From positions 1-12,093 of the forward strand of contig JBIKWQ010000086.1 of NCBI GenBank assembly GCA_044356215.1: 12,093 bases of DNA. Direction: 5' to 3'. Below, piece by piece: positions 1 to 6,458 of this stretch. Position numbers and translations under genes: made by a program. Every line of letters begins with the position of its first letter. Within the stretch, counting starts at the first letter, position 1. Below the pieces are notes generated by a model, which made no database searches, was not told where the DNA came from, and was given only the letters and a program-made list of their open reading frames with translations. This stretch comes from Bdellovibrionota bacterium. GTDB lineage: Bacteria > Bdellovibrionota_C > UBA2361 > OMII01.

Positions 1-19
1 AATTAGCTAAATATTTTTT

Positions 20-105
20 ACCACAGAGGACGCAGAGGACACAGAGAACGCCCATTTTATAGGCAATTATGGAGTTTTCTCTGTGTCCTCTGCGTCCTCT
101 GTGGT
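20..105. repeat. Perfect 29-bp inverted repeat built from tandem 9-mers (REP/MITE-like)
   Basis: ACCACAGAGGACGCAGAGGACACAGAGAA (20-48) is the exact reverse complement of 77-105, with a 28-nt loop. The arm consists of ACAGAGGAC GCAGAGGAC ACAGAGAA(C). Confidence 0.9.
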
Positions 106-145
106 GATAAAGAACTGCAACGCCCTAAGAATTGACCTTTTTTAC

Positions 146-173
146 TAAAGTATAAGCAGTTTGCCGCCGACCC
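146..173 (+). promoter_or_regulatory. Possible sigma28(FliA)-like promoter upstream of the S8 protease
   Basis: TAAAG (146-150), with TAAA-N16-GCCGACCC (166-173), versus the consensus TAAA-N15-GCCGATAA. Spacing is the same as the site at 3500. Confidence 0.3.
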
Positions 174-249
174 TCTAAGGGGGACCCAGGCGGCGCTGAT
201 TTAGCCTCCCCGTTCGTTTGGTGCGCGCCGCTTATCTCGAAAGGCTGGC

Positions 250-2670
250 GTGATAAGTTCTATTGCTAAATATCTTCGCGGGAAGCGTGAAGCATTGAGT
301 CTCGGTCATGCGCTGGCAGTGACGGCCTCTGCCTTGTGTCTATTACCACCGGCTTTCGGTCTTCCAGCTTATGAAGGTGAGTATGTAGTTTCCTTCTCTC
401 CGCGAACACCTATTTCAGGTTCGGTGACGACTCTGTCCCTTCCATCTGGAACTGGTGAGCTCACTGTAGTCCGAAGGTTGGGTGGTGATGTAGCTGTGCT
501 ATCTGACGTGGGGGGGCGGCTTTACTCAGCAAGTGGTGAGGTGGGTGCTCTTCGGGATGGTATAGACCTCACAGCGGATGAGACCTGCAAGCGACTTATA
601 GCTTCACGGCAAGTTGAGTCTTGCACTCCGAATTACAAACTAACGATTAGTGACACAGGTGGAACAGACCCGCTCCTCTCCGGGCTCTGGGGGATGAGCG
701 ACGAGAGCGGAATCTCCGCGGTTAGCGCCTGGGGGATCTCAACCGGATCGAATCAGGTGATCGTAGCGGTTATTGATACTGGAGTCGATTATACGCATGA
801 GGACCTCGCTGCTAATATCTGGACCAATCCCAACGAGGTCGCTGGCAACGGACTTGATGACGATCGAAACGGATACGTTGATGATGTGAGGGGGGTGAAT
901 CTGGTTCCTGGTGCCGCGAATGTCATCGACCCGATGGATGATAACCAACACGGAACTCACGTGGCGGGGATTATAGGCGCTGTTCATGGGAACGGAGTTG
1001 GTCTTGGTGGGGTTAATAGCTCAATAAAGATCTTACCGATTAAGTTTATGGACGCCGCCGGTTCTGGGAGGTTATCTGACGCGATCGCTGCGATAGACTA
1101 TATGGTCGACCTAAAGGTGAATCGCGGAGTTGATATCAAGGTCGCTAACAATTCGTGGGGTGGGGGAGGTTACTCTCCGGTCCTAGAAGCGGCGATTAGG
1201 CGCGCGAATGATGCTGGAATCGTCTTCGTTGTGGCGGCTGGCAACGATGGGTTAGATGTCGATCTTTTTCCCTCTTATCCTGGCGGATACGATGTGGAGA
1301 ACGTGGTAACCGTCGCGGCTATCGATGAGTCCCAGAACTTGGCGATATTTTCTAACTACGGGGGGCAAAGCGTTGATATAGCCGCCCCTGGAGTCGCTAT
1401 TAACAGCTCTTTACCCGGACAACGTTACGGCAAGCTATCTGGAACATCGATGGCCGCCCCTCACGTAACTGGGAGTTTGGCTCTCTTGTATAGTGTCGAG
1501 CCCTTTGTAGCCGCCGCCGATTCAATTGCACGTTTGCTGGAGAGCGGTCGCGAGATTCCTACCTTATATAGCCCAGACGGATCCGTGTCATACGTCAGGT
1601 CGCGGAGAGTTGTTAACGCCGCGCGGCTCTTACGTAACGAAAGGGCGCCTATAAATGATCCTAACGCCGGTCTTGCGCCGTGTGGATATTCCTTTCAAGC
1701 GTCTAATGTTATCGCGAGCAGCGCGCTCGACGATGCGGCAGACAAACTTAATCCAGTTAACCAGGCGGATGAGGGGGACTTTAAGGTTATAAATCTCCCC
1801 TTCGATTTCCCGTTCTTTAGAGGCGTCACCAGAACGCTCTACATATCACCAAACGGTGTGGTCTACCTCAATCCGCCCCGCAACGCCGACTACCAGGTCG
1901 CCTCTCGAGCTCCGACAAACTCTATCGCGGCGTTTCACGCTGACCTAACGCCGCGAACAGCCAAGCAGGGAGTGCGAGCCTATGTGTCGGGCGACCGGGC
2001 GGTTATCTACTGGTCCTCAGAGCACTACTCATTGGCCGGTAAGGGGCCGATATCCATACGTTTGACTATTCACAGAAGCGGGTTGATAAGGAGCACCCTA
2101 AGTTTTGAATCCGCTAAGGATCCAAATGAGTTGTCGTGGCTAGCGCTCGGAAATGCCCTGACGAGCCCTGGCGCACCGCCTCTAGGTTTGATTGGCGCGA
2201 GCGCTACTTCGGCTGCGAACTCAAGCACCTTCGACATAGCCGCGGCGCAAAGGGGTCTGGTAAGAACTGTCGGTGAGCGTCTCGATCTAAGTGTGGCCAT
2301 GGTCCCTAACTGCTTTGATATCTCAAGAAACGGCCCCGCTGAAGGTGAGATGCAGTTAGCGCGAGTTAATTCGATTAAGTTTAAGGTGTCTTCGAGCAGG
2401 CGCAAGGCGCTGGTGAGGCTGACTGGTACAGGTTCTGGAAAGGTGCCGCTCAGATCTTCGATAGATGGGAGGGGATGCTCACAGATATCATGGGGAACAC
2501 TATCAAACGGCAAAGGGTCTTTTGAGGTTTCACTTCCGTCGACAGCTCGCAGGTTCTCACTGCAATCTCCGGAGTCGAAAGGGGTGGTGTCACTGGGGAG
2601 ATCGTCTAGTTCATCGCGACGAGTGAAGTTAGATAAGATGTGTTCGCAGTTTGTTCAGTCGATCAGATAG
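250..2670 (+). CDS. Secreted subtilisin-like S8 serine peptidase with C-terminal nidogen/NIDO-like and basic terminal domains
   Basis: 806 aa, GTG start. Catalytic motifs are VAVIDTG (D176), HGTHVAG (H234), AAGNDG (oxyanion Asn) and GTSMAAPHV (S400). Ca-binding insert NGLDDDRNGYVDD, hydrophobic N-terminal segment, and an LPFDFPFF...LYISPNG...IAAFHADL module after the catalytic domain. Confidence 0.95.
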   Translation: MISSIAKYLRGKREALSLGHALAVTASALCLLPPAFGLPAYEGEYVVSFSPRTPISGSVTTLSLPSGTGELTVVRRLGGDVAVLSDVGGRLYSASGEVGALRDGIDLTADETCKRLIASRQVESCTPNYKLTISDTGGTDPLLSGLWGMSDESGISAVSAWGISTGSNQVIVAVIDTGVDYTHEDLAANIWTNPNEVAGNGLDDDRNGYVDDVRGVNLVPGAANVIDPMDDNQHGTHVAGIIGAVHGNGVGLGGVNSSIKILPIKFMDAAGSGRLSDAIAAIDYMVDLKVNRGVDIKVANNSWGGGGYSPVLEAAIRRANDAGIVFVVAAGNDGLDVDLFPSYPGGYDVENVVTVAAIDESQNLAIFSNYGGQSVDIAAPGVAINSSLPGQRYGKLSGTSMAAPHVTGSLALLYSVEPFVAAADSIARLLESGREIPTLYSPDGSVSYVRSRRVVNAARLLRNERAPINDPNAGLAPCGYSFQASNVIASSALDDAADKLNPVNQADEGDFKVINLPFDFPFFRGVTRTLYISPNGVVYLNPPRNADYQVASRAPTNSIAAFHADLTPRTAKQGVRAYVSGDRAVIYWSSEHYSLAGKGPISIRLTIHRSGLIRSTLSFESAKDPNELSWLALGNALTSPGAPPLGLIGASATSAANSSTFDIAAAQRGLVRTVGERLDLSVAMVPNCFDISRNGPAEGEMQLARVNSIKFKVSSSRRKALVRLTGTGSGKVPLRSSIDGRGCSQISWGTLSNGKGSFEVSLPSTARRFSLQSPESKGVVSLGRSSSSSRRVKLDKMCSQFVQSIR

Positions 2671-3499
2671 AGCTCCCATAACAGGAAATTTTATTAATTC
2701 GAGATTGTGTTTTGAAAAAAGTTTACGCGGCGTGATCGTCTCTCTTTGCTGAACGCGATCTGATCTAAACGGTCGCTAAGGTGAAAAGGTCCTCAGAAGA
2801 GAGTGAGAGGGATCTTAAATCTCAAGTTACTCCTAACATCTTCTCTTGGTGCTCACTGAGCGTCGTAAGTTTTTCATTTTAGATCCTCTCTCCACAGAAT
2901 GAAAAACTGATAAGAGATTCTCTCTACTACCAAGACATCGAGCTACCTTAGGGAGTGGTTTAAGTTATGCGCGGATCTCAATGGGCAATCATCCCTGCAA
3001 CGACATGATCTGAAAAAAAGTTTCGTAAAATCAGCAAGAAGGGTTTCTTTATCGCGGCAATTTGTTTCTTGGAACGTATCGTCTCACGATTAGATGTAGC
3101 GGTGTGAGTGCCGCCATTAACAGCGCTGTACTCGATGTGCGAACGCTTCAGTGAACAGCACGTTTTGAGACGCTATAGAACTTCAAATCGATCGCTCGCG
3201 CAGGCGGATCGTTGAAGATAGATATCGTGACTATCTAGATCTAGATTTGGTCCCTTGTCTTACGTCGAGCTCTCTTCTTCTCGCTCATCTCATGTGTGTT
3301 TGGATGATGGTATCGAGTTCATGACACGCGACACAGAAATGCTCTCTCGTCGTCCTTGAATCCTTTTTCATAAAACAGATCATCAAATATGTACTTGCAA
3401 AGATTTTTGACCGGTGTCACTCTGCAAGTGTTGAAGGCAACTTCTAGAGAGTGTGTGACGGGTGCGTAAGTGTCTGAGGCAGATTCTCAAGTAGTAAAT

Positions 3500-3527
3500 T
3501 AAAGCTCAGTCGCGGTTAATCCGATAG
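3500..3527 (+). promoter_or_regulatory. Sigma28(FliA)-like promoter
   Basis: TAAAG at 3500-3504 and TCCGATAG at 3520-3527 (TAAA-N16). This would start transcription at about 3534-3538, just before the stem that opens at 3541. Confidence 0.45.
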
Positions 3528-3540
3528 GCTGAGTTAAGAG

Positions 3541-3705
3541 GCCCGACATAAGCTTAATCATGCCCCCTAGGTGGAGGCGGGTTCGCTTAAGAGGGTAAAC
3601 AAGTTTCGGTCAAGCGTAGCGACTGTCCGGATTCCCCGGCAGAGGCTAAAGGCGATCGTTTAATATAGACTGTGACCAAGAGGGCAGCAGTATCGTAGCT
3701 CGGGC
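3541..3705 (+). ncRNA. Candidate structured RNA / long 5' leader, family not recognised
   Basis: Nested pairings found by eye: GCCCG 3541-45/CGGGC 3701-05, AGCT 3551-54/3697-3700, TGCCC 3561-65/GGGCA 3682-86, GGTCA 3608-12/TGACC 3673-77, TAGC 3617-20/GCTA 3645-48, CTG(T)CCGG 3623-30/CCGGCAG 3636-42. No ORF-track call overlaps it. Confidence 0.45.
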
Positions 3706-3727
3706 ACTATCAATAGTGGAGAAAAAG

Positions 3728-3805
3728 ATGGCAACTAAGAAGAAGACAGCAAAGAAGACAACTGCTAAGAAGAAGACTACTAAGAAGGCTTCCAAGAAGA
3801 AGTAA
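3728..3805 (+). CDS. 25-aa Lys-rich histone-H1-like small basic peptide MATKKKTAKKTTAKKKTTKKASKKK
   Basis: SD GGAG (3718-21) lies 6 nt before ATG 3728. 13 of 25 residues are Lys, all AAG. Double stop TAATAA, followed by a terminator. Too short for the ORF track. Confidence 0.8.
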   Translation: MATKKKTAKKTTAKKKTTKKASKKK

Positions 3806-3823
3806 TAACTCTTCTTGTTCTTT

Positions 3824-3865
3824 AAGCGCTCCAGGGCCGTAAAAAGCTCTGGAGCGCTTTTTTTT
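3824..3865 (+). terminator. Rho-independent terminator
   Basis: 12-bp stem GCGCTCCAGGGC (3826-37)/GCTCTGGAGCGC (3846-57) with one G-U pair, 8-nt loop, then T8 (3858-65). Confidence 0.92.
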
Positions 3866-3939
3866 GGCTAAGTAGGTAAAATATTTAATAACCAAAGGGG
3901 TTTGCGGCCTTAAATCCCGTGCTCGTTTACGTGTAACGC

Positions 3940-5427
3940 CTATTCAGGGATTGACCTAATTGTTCCCCTCAAGATCTCCCACCACGCCAGCTTTGGGCCG
4001 GAAGTGGTATTAATCGCTCCGACCTCCTTGGGCGCGGCTATTCGAGCAACGCGAGAGTAGCTCTTTTCACTACCACACTGAAACACAGCTCTTAGCTCTA
4101 ACCCCCTTGGCGCGGCCTCCGCCAGTGATGATGCTGGTCCACGAAAAATTCTGAGACTGGTATCGTGTGAGGTCACGGGTAATAGCTTAGTCTGGGCAAG
4201 CGCGGTCCACGCGCCGGATCTCCTCGCTATCAGTTCTCTAGCTTGGAGCTTCAGAGCGCAATCGCCCCTTAAAGGAGGACGAAAGGTTGTTACCCTGGTC
4301 TGGAAAGACTCGATATCGGTTGATACGGATATAGAGACCTTAGTATCGCTTGGTGCGGTCAGGCAGCGGCCGCTGCTCTGAATGTAGCTAGAAACAGATC
4401 TTCTAGTAGCGCTGCTCACACGAGTATTTGCAGAGGTGAGCATCGGATTCATCAGAGAGTCGTTTGCATCGTCGTGTCGTGCGCCCAAGCCGTGAGCTAA
4501 CTCATGCGCCAGTACGATAGGCTGAAGAGCGGCGCCAACGCTTCTTGATAACCCAACGGAGTAGCTACCTTGAGATTCGCAAGCTGCCCCCACGTATGCT
4601 AAGCCCGCTGTCTCTTGGTCGATAAGTCCTCGGGTAAAGAGGTGAAAGAGATCCGCTGATCGACTAAAGGAATTTATAGCGGACCTAAAGAGCTCAAGTA
4701 GTTGATCAGAGCTAGGAATTCCGCCGCTCAAATCGATAGAGGTAGGCACCAAACTGCGAATTCGAAGTGTAACCCCGAGCCGTCTTAGATAGAGTTGATT
4801 GGCAGCATAAGTAACTGCTGTGAGGTACTGCGCAATATCCTGGTCAGGCCACGGAGTAGGGAACTGTGGGTCGTAAAAGAGGCCAAGCTCGACCTCCTTG
4901 ATGCCGTTAGCTGGACGAGTTGTCTGAATCTGTTTGTTGAGACCCAGGAAAGGTTCCAAGGACTGAGAGCATAACTGGTTGTTGGGTCTCGATCTCGAGA
5001 TCTTGGTTGCCTTAACGGTTAACCCCTGCTTAGTGTGTGAGATTCTAAATCGAGCAGTCATCGGAAGCTTGTTTCGGCGAGAGGAGAAAAATAGCAGGGC
5101 AGTATCGCCAGAGATGGATAAAGTCGCGGCCTGCAAGTCTTGGCTTTTGCGAGTCGGGTTGCGGGAAGCTCCGAGTAGGTGAGAGGTGCCGTCACTGGTT
5201 GATGTGTCATCGTTAAAGACGAACCTCTCAAGCCCAGCAAACGGCCCGCGTAGGGTTATTTGAGTGGCATTTAGACTATCTCTGTAAAATTTAGCTTCAT
5301 AGCGCTTTGATGGGGTGTGAGTTGAATCTTCGCAGAGTGCTTGAACGGGCGCGAAGGATGAGACTCCGAGAGATAGAGCGGCTATGATGAGAGGGTGAGT
5401 TATAGGAGAGTTTCTTCCAGGAAACAT
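3940..5427 (-). CDS. Secreted M12B/reprolysin-like zinc metallopeptidase (metzincin)
   Basis: HELAHGLGARHD (HExxHxxGxxHD) plus Met-turn SLM; AGLAYVGAAC, DLFHLFT and ELGLFYD motifs; possible cysteine switch in NNQLC. The ORF track starts at 5496, but ATG 5427 has SD-like GGAAGG, an upstream TG-N-TATCCT extended -10 (5459-5451) and a following signal-like LIIAALSLGVSSFAPVQA. Confidence 0.9.
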   Translation of the reverse strand: MFPGRNSPITHPLIIAALSLGVSSFAPVQALCEDSTHTPSKRYEAKFYRDSLNATQITLRGPFAGLERFVFNDDTSTSDGTSHLLGASRNPTRKSQDLQAATLSISGDTALLFFSSRRNKLPMTARFRISHTKQGLTVKATKISRSRPNNQLCSQSLEPFLGLNKQIQTTRPANGIKEVELGLFYDPQFPTPWPDQDIAQYLTAVTYAANQLYLRRLGVTLRIRSLVPTSIDLSGGIPSSDQLLELFRSAINSFSRSADLFHLFTRGLIDQETAGLAYVGAACESQGSYSVGLSRSVGAALQPIVLAHELAHGLGARHDDANDSLMNPMLTSANTRVSSATRRSVSSYIQSSGRCLTAPSDTKVSISVSTDIESFQTRVTTFRPPLRGDCALKLQARELIARRSGAWTALAQTKLLPVTSHDTSLRIFRGPASSLAEAAPRGLELRAVFQCGSEKSYSRVARIAAPKEVGAINTTSGPKLAWWEILRGTIRSIPE

Positions 5428-5504
5428 CTTTGCCTTCCGTGAATAGGGACAGGATAGCATTTGAGGGGGGCTTAAGATAGGGAGGAGGAGGGGCATGCAG
5501 CCTA

Positions 5505-6150
5505 GAACCTCACACTCTATGGTAAAAAATTGTTGGTATCAGCTAGCTTCTAGTTCGGCATCCGACAGGCGTATCACGTCTCACGTGAAACGCCGAACGT
5601 CATACGACCCACGCCTGCCGCCTGTCTTTATCGGGTATCTCCCTCCCTCGGACCGCGGCGCTCCCGCGCCGCATGTTGCAGATATCGAGGGGTGCCACAA
5701 AAGCGCGCCAGAAGCGCGCGGTCCGGGTGGGCCGCGACTAGCTTTAAGTTCGACATGCGACATGCGTCTCATGTCTCACGTTAGACGCGATACGTGATAC
5801 GTCCTACGCCTGCCGCCTGTCTTTATCGGGTTTCTCCCTCCCTCGGACCGCGGCGCTCCAGCGCCGCCTGTAGCAGATATCGAGGGGTGCCACAAAAGCG
5901 CGCCAGAGGCGCGCGGTCCGGGTGGGCCGCGAACCTCATACTCTATGGTAAAAAAATTATCTGTATCAGCTAGCTTTTAGTTCGGCATGCGTATCACGTC
6001 TCACGTGAGACGCGGCACGTTATACGTAATACGCCCGCCTCCTGCCGTTGTCGGGTTTCTCCCTCCCTAGGACCGCGGCGCTCCAGCGCCGCTTGTAGCA
6101 GATGTTGAGGGTTGTCACAAAAGCGCGCCAGAGGCGCGCGGTCTGTGGGC
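5505..6150. repeat. Three tandem composite repeat units (heptamer ladder + REP-like doublet)
   Basis: Units at about 5505-5737, 5738-5930 and 5931-6150. The GGACCGCGGCGCTCC anchor is at 5650, 5845 and 6070 (spacing 195 and 225). Units 1 and 3 carry an extra GAACCTCAYACTCTATGGTAAAAAA head. Confidence 0.95.
5650..5724. repeat. REP-like doublet, copy 1 (copies 2 and 3 at 5845-5919 and 6070-6143)
   Basis: A GGACC-GCGGCGCTCC(C/A)GCGCCGC hairpin and an inverted GCGCGCCAGA(A/G)GCGCGC-GGTCC hairpin, 30 nt apart. Confidence 0.75.
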
Positions 6151-6458
6151 TAGTAAGATGCGACCACCTCTCCCCCCGATTCGAAACTACCACCGTTATT
6201 GCGAAATTCTACTAAGTTTCCATCAGTTTTCTCCGTAAAAGCCCCATATTGCCTCTCAAGAAACTTTCAGCTACCAGCTGCCCCAAAATAGCATCCTAAA
6301 CCCTTGGATAAGTGTTTGTTCTTACCCAGGAAGTTATAGGTTTGTAGGTAATAAAAGAAATGAACAAGCAACCACGATTCAGATCTTAAGCAGTATTAGT
6401 AAACGACAGTGAAGCAACAAAACGCTTTAACTGCTTACACACGGAGCCGATTGTAAAA

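Noticed and set aside
2671..3499. oriC suggested by the GATC cluster
   Set aside because: I found no consensus DnaA box (closest noticed CTCTCCACA, 2 mismatches) and no replication genes nearby.
3541..3817. tmRNA
   Set aside because: No tRNA-like acceptor/T-arm or CCA end; the ORF has its own SD and ATG and ends in KKK rather than a hydrophobic/Ala tag.
3541..3865. Lysine attenuator or lysine riboswitch
   Set aside because: No co-oriented gene follows the terminator (the next gene is convergent), and I do not see the lysine riboswitch consensus.
3710..3895. 61-aa Leu-rich minus-strand ORF as a type I toxin or membrane peptide
   Set aside because: The Leu runs are the antisense mirror of AAG codons. 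It crosses the terminator, and the SD, stops and terminator all favour the + strand peptide.
739..5240. ORFs 739-987, 2070-2513, 4979-5182 and 5058-5240
   Set aside because: Nested within the two well-supported protease genes, with no recognisable motifs.
5495..5797. ORFs 5495-5797 (+) and 5581-5772 (-)
   Set aside because: Translations of the GC-rich repeat unit, with no protein-like features.
5505..6150. CRISPR array
   Set aside because: Units are ~200 nt and homologous throughout; there are no unique spacers and no cas genes in the window.
6360..6389. 9-codon ORF MNKQPRFRS in frame with the giant gene (read-through or leader peptide)
   Set aside because: No clear SD or attenuator structure, and the giant ORF has its own start and signal peptide; compatible with chance.
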